DNA of 64,000 nucleotides from Candidatus Freyarchaeum deiterrae (GTDB lineage: Archaea; Asgardarchaeota; Jordiarchaeia; Jordiarchaeales; Jordiarchaeaceae), in contig CP147778.1 in assembly GCA_037305845.1 (NCBI GenBank), positions 1,920,001-1,984,000 on the forward strand. Direction: 5' to 3'. This document shows positions 8,244 to 17,303 of the stretch, in pieces. A model generated the notes under the pieces. The model saw only the letters and a list, made by a program, of their open reading frames with translations. It ran no database searches and was not told the origin of the DNA. Position 1 is the first letter of the stretch, and every line of letters starts with the position of its first letter. A program made the translations under genes and the position numbers.

Positions 8244-9086
8244 CTAAGTGTAGTAAGAGTCTACTTGGTCCGATCCTAAGTGGGGCTCTGCGGCTCCCAT
8301 TTGTTCGGTGGGCAATCTTAATTTGAGTTTGTCTATCTCCTTTTCTAGTTTCTCGCTGTAAACATCTAGAGCGCCTGTGTCTACGTTTAGGTCATATTGT
8401 GCATTTAAGACTTCAATTAGAGCTTTTGAAGAACGCGGATTAAAACTTATTCGTGCTAAACCCTCTGCAAGAAGAGAAACTCCCAGAATATCATAATAAG
8501 GCGCCATTAGCGGCATTACTCCGTTTAACCCAGATATTCTTCCATCCTTAAGCGGAACCACGTTAGATATCTTCTCAAAACCGCTTAACGAATTCTTACT
8601 CGTGGTAGACACATACACTTTGGGTTCCTTAACATAGTTGTTGGTTCCGAAGCAACCTAAAGAAACTAACTCCTTCACATTCATGTCACTCAGATTCTTG
8701 AGAACTACATGTGAAATTATGTTACTACCCATAGGTGTTAACGGTTGAGTGTAAGAGCATGCGAAAAGGACATCCCTGCCAACATTAGATCTCTTCCACA
8801 AATATACCATAACCGAAAAAATGTTAGACCAATCCGTAAACATGCCATCCTGAACAAAGGCCACCGAAGGCATATCCAAATTCATAACTTCGAAAAGAGG
8901 ACGCGCCTTAGCCACAGTCAACATATGGCGAACCGCAATAAGGCCGACATTCCCTATGCCACTGAATCCTTGAATTAATATTGGATCCTTCAAATCCAGA
9001 CTTTTCAGGTCTAGGCCCTTTTTGTAAAGTTTTACCTTTATTATGTCTGCGATGTCCCAGCTTGTTTCATTATCTTTCAAAAACAT
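8244..9086 (-). CDS. PAC2-family proteasome assembly chaperone
   Basis: PILIQGFSGIGNVG, TQP, LGCF, ISGLNG, NPRSS. Confidence 0.85.
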   Translation of the reverse strand: MFLKDNETSWDIADIIKVKLYKKGLDLKSLDLKDPILIQGFSGIGNVGLIAVRHMLTVAKARPLFEVMNLDMPSVAFVQDGMFTDWSNIFSVMVYLWKRSNVGRDVLFACSYTQPLTPMGSNIISHVVLKNLSDMNVKELVSLGCFGTNNYVKEPKVYVSTTSKNSLSGFEKISNVVPLKDGRISGLNGVMPLMAPYYDILGVSLLAEGLARISFNPRSSKALIEVLNAQYDLNVDTGALDVYSEKLEKEIDKLKLRLPTEQMGAAEPHLGSDQVDSYYT

Positions 9087-9251
9087 ACACCATCTATAAT
9101 ATTATTTGGTTTTAGTTAACATTAGATAGGGAAGGAATTTCAATTTTTCCCCCAAAATCTTTGAATTGCGGCTTCATTTGAAGTTTCAATTGATTAATAA
9201 TTATTTGATTACGCTTAGTAAAAATTGATAATGAAATGAGTTGAAAATAAG

Positions 9252-10019
9252 TTATTTTTTGAAGAGAGTGCCAAAATACATGCACTCTTCACGTGGGATG
9301 ATCATCTGAGATCCATCCACATACTCCTCAGTAGTTTCCACAGGTGCACCCTTTATGATTACAACTGGAATTTGTTCACTTCCCTCGCCCATTAGTATCT
9401 CCGCAGCGCATGCAAGGTTATCCGCTACGGCTCTCCTTGTAATTCTTAAAGTGTTTCCGTAAAGATCTTTTTTTCCCCGCTCGTCTACCACAGGTTTGAA
9501 ACCTGCTACGCCAAGGGCGAATCCGGTGTTTCCAAGTCTTAACGGTTGTGTTCTGCTGTCAGCTATTATTACTCCTACCTTATGCCCCGTTTTTTCATAA
9601 ATCTGGTTTCTAATCTTGTGAGCGCTTCTTGTAGGGTTCTCTGGAAGAAGTACGGCGTAGCCACTGGGAACATTTGATTTGTCGATGCCCGCATTAGCCT
9701 GAAGGATGTTATCCTTTAGAGTAAGCAGTGCTCTGAACACCCCTCCATACACTATTTCCGATTCTCTAATTACGAGTTCAACAAAGCCTGGTTCTAATTC
9801 TATTTCTTTAGCAATTCTGTATGCTTCTTCTGAAGGTTTAACCTCGCTGAGTTTCACTATTCTGCCATCAGAGCTGGCAACAGCTTTGGAGGTGATGACA
9901 ATAATATCCTCGTCTTCGAGAGGTACATTTTGTTCTTCAATCTCTCTTATAATTATAGATATTAAATCGTCACCCGGAACTAGAATTTTTGTATGCAGCG
10001 GGTAAAGGGTCATAACCAT
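9252..10019 (-). CDS. cofE: CofE-family gamma-glutamyl ligase (F420-0 ligase or FolC2-like)
   Basis: GDDL, VITSK..S..GR, NAGIDKSN, IIADS..PLRLG, DLYG, AD.LA..A..LMGEG; start placed at ATG 10019 after the SD. Confidence 0.88.
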   Translation of the reverse strand: MVMTLYPLHTKILVPGDDLISIIIREIEEQNVPLEDEDIIVITSKAVASSDGRIVKLSEVKPSEEAYRIAKEIELEPGFVELVIRESEIVYGGVFRALLTLKDNILQANAGIDKSNVPSGYAVLLPENPTRSAHKIRNQIYEKTGHKVGVIIADSRTQPLRLGNTGFALGVAGFKPVVDERGKKDLYGNTLRITRRAVADNLACAAEILMGEGSEQIPVVIIKGAPVETTEEYVDGSQMIIPREECMYFGTLFKK

Positions 10020-10105
10020 GGGCACTTCATCTCCATCTGAGTATGGATAAAAATAAGAGGAAGTATTAAAGTTGTTTGTTTTCAAATAAATCTGGAGGAA
10101 AATTT

Positions 10106-11314
10106 ATGGGGGTAGCGAATTTCGGAAATGTGAAAATCGGCGACGGTTTCCCAGTTAGAATCTTTGCCGCACTAAACGTAAGTCCAGAATCTTTCTATAA
10201 AGACTCGGTTCGTACATCTCCAAAGGAAATAATGGAGTATGCCCTTAAACTAATAGAAGAAGGAGCGGATTATATTGACCTTGGAGCGGCTTCAACTGCG
10301 CCTCCCCAAATTTACAATACCCAATTTGTTTCAGAAGAGGCGGAGCTTAAAAGAATCGTTGAAGCTGTGAACGCCATACGAGAGGTAACGGATTTTCCGA
10401 TATCAGTAGATACGCAGAGAGCAAAAGTGGCAGAGGCGGCTCTGAATAAAGGCGCCAATGCTGTTAACGATGTGAGCGGTTTCAAAACAGATCCCAAGCT
10501 ACCTAAAGTCGTTGCGGAATACAATGCTCCCGCAATACTTATGGCGGCTATGGAAAAACCGGGAGACGCTCAGAAAATTAGCGAGGTTAGGGAGTCCCTC
10601 AAAAGTAGTCTTCAAATCTCAAGTGAGGCTGGAATAGACCAAATGAAAATTATCATAGATCCAGGAATAGGATTTGGGAAACCCTACGAGTCTGACCTAG
10701 CATTAGTAAGAGATCTAATTCGGCTAAAAACTCTTCAAAAACCTATAATGGTCGCGGTGTCTCGAAAATCCTTTATTGGGCGGGTGCTAAATCTTAAAAA
10801 TCCTGAGGAGAGATTGAATGGTTCTCTAGCAGCAACAGCCATAGCAGTCTTTAATGGAGCCAACGCAATTCGAACGCATGACGTTAAACAAACAAAGGAA
10901 ACCGTTAAAGTAGCTGAAGCAATAGCCAAAACCACTAAAATCGCAGAGAAGGGCGCCTACAACGGGATGGAAATAGACTTTATCCGAGATTCAGAAGATG
11001 GTTCGGAAATTATGAAAGGCATCGGGGTAAGTGTGCCCGGAATTCAGATGATGAAAGAAAAGACAGTTAATCACAATATAATTCTAAGCAATATTAGTAG
11101 CCCTGCAGCGCTATCACTCAAACAACACATGCTATCCGTTGGAGGAGATTTAGCTATTCCCGAGGGGGTGATCGACTTCCAAATAGAAAGGTGCACAGTG
11201 CTTTTAACAGGCACCACAAAACAAATTAAAGAAATTATTCCAAAGCTTAAAATGAACTTCTTCGACCTTCCACAAATAGCGGAAATTTTGCTCGACTTAA
11301 TAAAAAAACCCTAA
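10106..11314 (+). CDS. folP: Dihydropteroate synthase with C-terminal accessory domain
   Basis: LNVSPESF, ISVDT, NDVSG, DPGIGFGK, SRKSFIG, RTHDV. Confidence 0.92.
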   Translation: MGVANFGNVKIGDGFPVRIFAALNVSPESFYKDSVRTSPKEIMEYALKLIEEGADYIDLGAASTAPPQIYNTQFVSEEAELKRIVEAVNAIREVTDFPISVDTQRAKVAEAALNKGANAVNDVSGFKTDPKLPKVVAEYNAPAILMAAMEKPGDAQKISEVRESLKSSLQISSEAGIDQMKIIIDPGIGFGKPYESDLALVRDLIRLKTLQKPIMVAVSRKSFIGRVLNLKNPEERLNGSLAATAIAVFNGANAIRTHDVKQTKETVKVAEAIAKTTKIAEKGAYNGMEIDFIRDSEDGSEIMKGIGVSVPGIQMMKEKTVNHNIILSNISSPAALSLKQHMLSVGGDLAIPEGVIDFQIERCTVLLTGTTKQIKEIIPKLKMNFFDLPQIAEILLDLIKKP

Positions 11315-11374
11315 TTCTAACTAGTTTTTTTAGACTAGGCATTTCCCTTCTTTTTATAGTAAATTGGTATTTCC

Positions 11375-11899
11375 TTATGAGGTCTCACTAAAAGACTTTA
11401 CACGATCCCTTCGTGAGCCAATGAACTTTTTGGAATCCGAAAAATCTCGCTCCGCTGTTTGTGTGGAACTAGGTTTCTTTTTAAAAACATCAAATAACTT
11501 ACCAATCTCTGTAAAATTCAAACGGCCTGTTTCTCCGGACTTCCCAACTATCCCGTCTAATATGGTATCGAATCCGTCCACCCCGCATGAATCCTCATTC
11601 CAACTATTCGTTTCACCATAGTTTTTAATGAATTCTTCCTTTATCTTAGAAAGTACCTTCTTTACCTTATCACCACTATCACTGTAGGCAGCAAAAATTA
11701 AATTCTCAGAAGATATTGAAACAAACTGCTTGTCGCCAAGCACAATCGTGTTAAATTCTTCACCGCTGATACTCTTTCCCAAGGATGCGATTGCGCTCAA
11801 AAACCCCGTAACTAACACTTCATCATACTCCTGACCACTGTATTTACGGTGATGAACGCACAAACCATCCTTAGTCAAAATGTACACATTATATATCAA
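11375..11899 (-). CDS. Longin/roadblock-like domain protein
   Basis: IYNVYIL.KDG.C, D.VLVTGFLSAI motif typical of Asgard longin-like proteins; TTG start after GAGGAG. Confidence 0.7.
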   Translation of the reverse strand: MIYNVYILTKDGLCVHHRKYSGQEYDEVLVTGFLSAIASLGKSISGEEFNTIVLGDKQFVSISSENLIFAAYSDSGDKVKKVLSKIKEEFIKNYGETNSWNEDSCGVDGFDTILDGIVGKSGETGRLNFTEIGKLFDVFKKKPSSTQTAERDFSDSKKFIGSRRDRVKSFSETS

Positions 11900-12096
11900 C
11901 GCCAACTCCTCACAAAAATCAAACACATTACTCTAAAAGATACGTTTACATGGAAGAATAAAAGTTTTCCCTGCATGCAAAATTTAGTCTAATAACCCAT
12001 TTCTTTAAAACTAGACCCTTCACTGTAAAAATTAGATTCCTGCTTAATGTAAAAAAATAAAAAAATAATTTTTTAAATAAAGCTCAAAGGAGTTTC

Positions 12097-13395
12097 TCAC
12101 TTACTTGTCCATGAATCTACCATTACCTTCGGCCAATCAATACTCAAAAGCTTTTTGCCAGTTTCCTTCGAAACAAAACCATTTTCCATCTTCTCGTGGA
12201 CTACATCGATGGGAACCATGAAGTGCTTTCTGTCAACCCAATTCCATCCGATGAACATCTCATCTTCATCGTCAATATAAAGACTTGTTCCACGAAGTTT
12301 CTGTCTGTGCTTCTCTGTATAATCCTTAACCCAGCTCGGAATATTAAGAGCAGTGAGCTTTACTTCCTCTCCCTTACTCTTAGCTGCGCTCAGTTCATCA
12401 GATTCAATAACATCGATAAGATGGGTATGCCCATAAACTATTCTCAAATTCTTACTCTTCGTTTCTCTGTTTTTAGCGAATCTGTTCCACCAACTAAGGA
12501 TACCGCTGACAGAAGCCTTACGATTATACCTTGTGCCAACCAATTTGTTCCAAATCTTCCTTGCATAAAGATAGAAGAAACGCGGACCACCTAAAAGCAG
12601 CCAAAGAACAACCAGCCCCAAATTACCTACAACCCCTAAATAGGGATAAAGCAGACTCCAGAAACTCTGACTCAAACCGAGAAAACCAGGCATTGCAAAC
12701 TGCAAAAGTGGAAACATCAAATTCACGATACTTGTAATTGTGCTTGGAAGAGAGAGAGGAGACAACAGCAAAAGGGCGTAGTTAAAAATTGCAACTGCTA
12801 TACTGAGAATAAGTAATCCTACAAAAATGTCTCCATAGTCTCCAAACGCGGTAGCACCCGAACGAATGCCGCCCAATTTCTTCCAGGGTTGAAACGTGAA
12901 AAGCTTGTCAAATTGATAACCATGAACAAATATATAATCTCTATCGCCCATTTTAACTGTAAAAGTGCTTTTTTTGTCTGCCTGTATGGGATAATAGTCT
13001 TCCATAATGGTCAGTGTATTATTGCCTGATGGATAAGTGCCAATCAATGGCTTCAAGTCGTAATCATGATTACCCAAAAGATAAACTTTAGGACAATCCA
13101 ACTTTTGAAGCAGTTCGAAAATTGGTCTACTGCAATACTCAATTCCACGGTCAGGAGCGTCCCAAAGCTCCAGAATATCCCCGATCAAAAGCAACCTTTC
13201 CGGTGGCTTCAAAACTTTCTCTTTACGCCCATTTCCCCAAGGGCCCAACTTAATTTTAACAGTCTCGCCTTCCTTTAAACGAATAAGCCAATTGAGAAAC
13301 TGGCCCACATGCTCTGGTTCACTTACTATACCCTTACTCTTACCAATCAATCCTAAATGGCAGTCAGAAATCACAAATATACTGCCTTCGCCCAT
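12097..13395 (-). CDS. Calcineurin-like metallophosphoesterase (LpxH-like) with membrane insert
   Basis: SDCHLG, GDILELW, GNHD, VHG, GHTH motifs; hydrophobic helices between motifs IV and V. Confidence 0.82.
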   Translation of the reverse strand: MGEGSIFVISDCHLGLIGKSKGIVSEPEHVGQFLNWLIRLKEGETVKIKLGPWGNGRKEKVLKPPERLLLIGDILELWDAPDRGIEYCSRPIFELLQKLDCPKVYLLGNHDYDLKPLIGTYPSGNNTLTIMEDYYPIQADKKSTFTVKMGDRDYIFVHGYQFDKLFTFQPWKKLGGIRSGATAFGDYGDIFVGLLILSIAVAIFNYALLLLSPLSLPSTITSIVNLMFPLLQFAMPGFLGLSQSFWSLLYPYLGVVGNLGLVVLWLLLGGPRFFYLYARKIWNKLVGTRYNRKASVSGILSWWNRFAKNRETKSKNLRIVYGHTHLIDVIESDELSAAKSKGEEVKLTALNIPSWVKDYTEKHRQKLRGTSLYIDDEDEMFIGWNWVDRKHFMVPIDVVHEKMENGFVSKETGKKLLSIDWPKVMVDSWTSK

Positions 13396-13801
13396 TCAAA
13401 CACGCCTCCTACAAAAATACATAAACTGCGAAAATAGCGAAAATTTCGATTAATTCACTCTCAGAAAATCCTATTAAACTTTTCTAACTTAAAATAAAAA
13501 CTTCTAAACAATAAAAGCCAGACGTAGAATCAAACCAAATTCGAAAGACTTTTTGTCCCAACAATAATTTATCTTACTTCCATTTTAAGAACTCCTATTT
13601 TCAAATCTCCGAAATTTTGAATTCAAAAAGAAATTCAGCACCTGTACCAGATTTGATTTATGCCAATATCTCTCCCATTAGAACATTCAAATCTTTATCA
13701 AGTTTTATTATTAAATTTTCTAAATATACAATTCTTGATAGACAATAACTTTATAATTTAAAAGGTAACACCGTTACAAAGAATTTTCGGAGGATATTAA
13801 A

Positions 13802-14821
13802 ATGACAATCAAAACCCCATTAAACGACATGCTAGGAATAAAATACCCCATAATACAAGCCGCAATGGGACCATTCTACACCACAAAACTATGCTGCGCC
13901 GTAGTAAACGCCGGAGGATTCGGAATAGTCTCCCACACCAACCTAGTCGGCGTTGACCCAATAAAAGACATGGAAGAAAACATAAAATACGTCATGAAAA
14001 ACTGCAAAGGAAACTTCGGAGTAAACATAAGAGTCGCAAGAATACAAATCGACGCTCCCGGCATAATGGAACTGATAATGAAAATGAGAAAAGAAAACCC
14101 TGAAGTGAAAAAAAGACTAAAAATGGTAGTAACCTCGGCAGGCAACCCCAAACCCCCCGCTCAATTATTCAAAGAAAAAGACAAAGACCTTCTAGTTTTC
14201 CACGTAGCACCAACCCTATACCACGCAATGAAAGTAGACGGTCTATGCGATGGCATAGTATGCACCGGATACGAGGGAGGCGGACATCAAAGCTATGAGC
14301 GTGTAAACACCACAGTACTGGTTAGTGAGGCTGTTAAAAACTGCAAGAAGCCGATCATAGCCTGTGGCGGTTTCTCGGACGGCCGCGGCATCGCTGCTGC
14401 ACTCGCTATGGGTGCTGTCGGTGTTCAAATGGGTACCCGCTTCATCGCCACAAAAGAGAGTGAATTCCACCAGAACTACAAGGACTTCATTATTAGGTCT
14501 AAAGATTCTGACACGATGGTCTGCCAAGGTGCCTTCGGCCCAATTCGTTTACTCAAGAACAAATATGCTGAACACCACGGTGAGATCGTGTCCAGAGAAG
14601 AGAAATTGGCTGCGGAATCGGAGCTAGACGTTAAAGCGATACAGGAAGACAACGAAAAATACGCACTCGTCTACAAAGGAGACATCGAAAATGGACCGGT
14701 CCTTTGTGGTCAGTCATGTGGTAATACTAAGGATATTCCCACGGTTAAGGAGCTTATTGATCGGATGATGAAGGAAGCTGAAGAGGCTATTAAGAAGACC
14801 AGCAAATTCGTAGTGGCCTAG
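13802..14821 (+). CDS. Nitronate monooxygenase / FabK-like flavin oxidoreductase
   Basis: KYPIIQAAM, G.EGGGH, IACGG..DGRG..AALAMGA.GVQMGTRF. Confidence 0.92.
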   Translation: MTIKTPLNDMLGIKYPIIQAAMGPFYTTKLCCAVVNAGGFGIVSHTNLVGVDPIKDMEENIKYVMKNCKGNFGVNIRVARIQIDAPGIMELIMKMRKENPEVKKRLKMVVTSAGNPKPPAQLFKEKDKDLLVFHVAPTLYHAMKVDGLCDGIVCTGYEGGGHQSYERVNTTVLVSEAVKNCKKPIIACGGFSDGRGIAAALAMGAVGVQMGTRFIATKESEFHQNYKDFIIRSKDSDTMVCQGAFGPIRLLKNKYAEHHGEIVSREEKLAAESELDVKAIQEDNEKYALVYKGDIENGPVLCGQSCGNTKDIPTVKELIDRMMKEAEEAIKKTSKFVVA

Positions 14822-15001
14822 ACGCTTCTACTAAATTCTTTTTCTTTTTTAAGCGGGATTTTGATTCTTTTTGGTTGTTCTTTTGGTGGGGTTTTCCATT
14901 ATTTTTAAATAACTGTTAACTTTATTATTAGTAGGGAATATTTAACAATAGTTAAGTGTGCCTTTTTATTAAGGCTAAAACAAGTGTTTGTGGTGTTATG
15001 C

Positions 15002-15376
15002 TTGAAATCGCCTTGTGAACTTGTTATTTGGTATTTGCTTCCTACTGTTAGGTCTGAATTGGCTAAGGAACTAATTAAGCTTGGTTTATCTCAGAAGGAA
15101 GCTGCAAGCAGGCTTGGAATATCTGAGGCTGCTATCTCTCATTATACGAAGGGTAAACGCGGCAAAAAAATTGATTTAGATAAGGAAACAAAGAATGAAA
15201 TCAGAAAACTTGCAAATGAGATGGTTTCCTCCGGTGATGAAGCGAACTCGATTCTGAAAACGTGTGAAATATGTATTAAAGTGAGAAAGACTGAACTTCT
15301 TTGTAAATTACACAAAAGTTTAGGTTCAGTTCCTGATGATTGCAAAGCTTGCTCGGAGCTTTTTAAAGAAACATAA
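15002..15376 (+). CDS. HTH transcriptional regulator (COG2522-like, Cys-rich)
   Basis: MKSPCE..LP.VR..LA, SQ.EAA.RLGISEAAISHY..GKRG, CxxC / C..H / CxxC. Confidence 0.85.
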   Translation: MKSPCELVIWYLLPTVRSELAKELIKLGLSQKEAASRLGISEAAISHYTKGKRGKKIDLDKETKNEIRKLANEMVSSGDEANSILKTCEICIKVRKTELLCKLHKSLGSVPDDCKACSELFKET

Positions 15377-15628
15377 TTATAGTGTTCATTGGTATTATCG
15401 CTTGGATTATTGGTTAGGCGAGGGTAATTTATGGAGGACGCGTATCTTGACCGAATCCGTTTTGTTTAGGTTTAATTAATAATTTCCATAAATTTTTAAA
15501 ATTGCTAAATAATCAAGTGAGATAACAAAAAACAATTGAGCTCTCCATTTTAGTAAAAAAAATTAATGCAAGAAAATTGGCTAAAATAATCTAACTTATG
15601 AAACCAAAGAAATTGGGAGGTGCCGTGA

Positions 15629-16774
15629 ATGAAAAGAATATATATGGATCATGCCGCAACAACATATGTCGATCCTAGAGTGGTTCAAGCAATGCTTCCC
15701 TACTTTACGGAAATTTTCGGGAATGCTTCAAGTTTACACTTTTTCGGTAGGGAGGCCAAAGAAGCTCTTGAAAATTCTCGGGAAGTTGTTGCTAAGGCTC
15801 TGGGAGCCAGTCCGGATGAAGTATATTTTACTTCGGGAGGAACCGAGTCCGATAATACAGCTATCAAGGGTGTTATGTACGCAAACAGAAACAAAAACCA
15901 TGTGATCACAAGCATCATTGAACACCACGCTGTATTAGAAACATGTAACTATCTCCAAGAACAGGGCTTTGAGGCTACGTATTTACCGGTAGATAAGCAA
16001 GGTTTCGTCAGCCTAAATCATCTAGAGGATTCTATTACGGATAAAACTGGACTCGTTACAGTAATGCATGCTAATAATGAGATTGGAACAATAGAACCCA
16101 TAAAAGAGATAGGAAAGATAACAAAGGAAAACGATATCTACCTACATACCGATGCTGTTCAAAGTTTTGGTAAAATTCCAACAAATGTAGATGATTTGAA
16201 TGTAGATTTGCTTTCAATTTCTGGTCACAAGATATACGGTCCAAAAGGAGTAGGAGTTCTCTATATACGGGAAGGAGTGAAAATAGAGCCAGTACAGCAT
16301 GGGGGTGGACATGAGAGAGGAATGAGGTCTGGTACAGAGAATGTACCCGGCATTGTGGGTTTAGCGAAAGCGGTGGAAATTTTTCAGGCGGAAATGAAAA
16401 AAGAGTCTGAGCGCCTAAACGGTCTTAGAGATAAACTAATCAAGGGAGTTTCGGAAATTGATGATTCTTGGCTTAATGGGCATCCTACCAAGCGGTTGCC
16501 CAACAATGCTAACTTTAGTTTCGGCCGATTAGAGGGTGAGTCGTTGATACTTCGTTTAGATGCAAAGGGCATAGCTGCTTCAACTGGTTCAGCATGTTCC
16601 TCTGGTTCAGAATCCCCTTCTCATGTTCTAACCGCTATTGGTTTGACTCCGGAACAAGCTAATGGTTCACTTAGACTGACGCTTGGAAAACGTAATACGC
16701 AAGAAGATGTTGATTATGTTTTGGAAGTTCTGCCAGAAACAATTTCGGATTTGAGAAAACTATCTGCAGTATGA
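15629..16774 (+). CDS. iscS: Cysteine desulfurase (IscS/NifS)
   Basis: YMDHAATT, TSGGTES, NNEIG, SGHKIYGPKG, STGSACSS. Confidence 0.96.
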   Translation: MKRIYMDHAATTYVDPRVVQAMLPYFTEIFGNASSLHFFGREAKEALENSREVVAKALGASPDEVYFTSGGTESDNTAIKGVMYANRNKNHVITSIIEHHAVLETCNYLQEQGFEATYLPVDKQGFVSLNHLEDSITDKTGLVTVMHANNEIGTIEPIKEIGKITKENDIYLHTDAVQSFGKIPTNVDDLNVDLLSISGHKIYGPKGVGVLYIREGVKIEPVQHGGGHERGMRSGTENVPGIVGLAKAVEIFQAEMKKESERLNGLRDKLIKGVSEIDDSWLNGHPTKRLPNNANFSFGRLEGESLILRLDAKGIAASTGSACSSGSESPSHVLTAIGLTPEQANGSLRLTLGKRNTQEDVDYVLEVLPETISDLRKLSAV

Positions 16775-16784
16775 GGTTATATGT

Positions 16785-17153
16785 ATGTACAGTAAAAAGG
16801 TGATGGATCACTTCGCAAATCCTCGAAACGTTGGTGAAATTAAAAGTGCCGACGGGATAGGATCAGTTGGAAATCCCGCAGATGGCGATGTTGTTACTAT
16901 GTATGTCAAAATTGAAAACAATATCATTAAAGATGTCAAGTTTAAAGTTAAAGGATGCCCAGCTGCTATTGCTACGGGTAGTATGACAACGGAGCTTGCG
17001 AGAGGGAAGACTCTAGAAGAGGGCCTAAAAATCACCAAGGAGGATGTTGCTAGAGAATTGGGTGGACTACCTGCCAAAAAGAACGAGTGTTCCAATTTAG
17101 GAGCTGATGCCCTACACGCTGCAATTAAAGACTATCTCAACAAACAATCATAA
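16785..17153 (+). CDS. iscU: IscU/NifU-like Fe-S scaffold with atypical ligands
   Basis: YS.KVMDHF.NPRNVG, GCPAA, LPAKKNECS; adjacent to iscS. Confidence 0.9.
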   Translation: MYSKKVMDHFANPRNVGEIKSADGIGSVGNPADGDVVTMYVKIENNIIKDVKFKVKGCPAAIATGSMTTELARGKTLEEGLKITKEDVARELGGLPAKKNECSNLGADALHAAIKDYLNKQS

Positions 17154-17303
17154 AAAATGCATTACTCTTTCTTAGCTAATCATAATTTAAAGAGCGTGCG
17201 GCTGAGGTTGCTGGTTCCACAGGAATTCATAACAATTCTGTCTAATGGAGTTGAGGATTGTTCTCGTTCTATTTTTTCGCCCATGGTTCTTACTATTAGA
17301 TTT

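Noticed and set aside
17180-17284. 34-aa minus-strand ORF downstream of the HEAT gene, containing an ORB-like GTTCCACAGGAA at about 17214
   Set aside because: No SD or recognisable motif; a single ORB-like word without a G-string, partner repeat or adjacent initiator is expected by chance.
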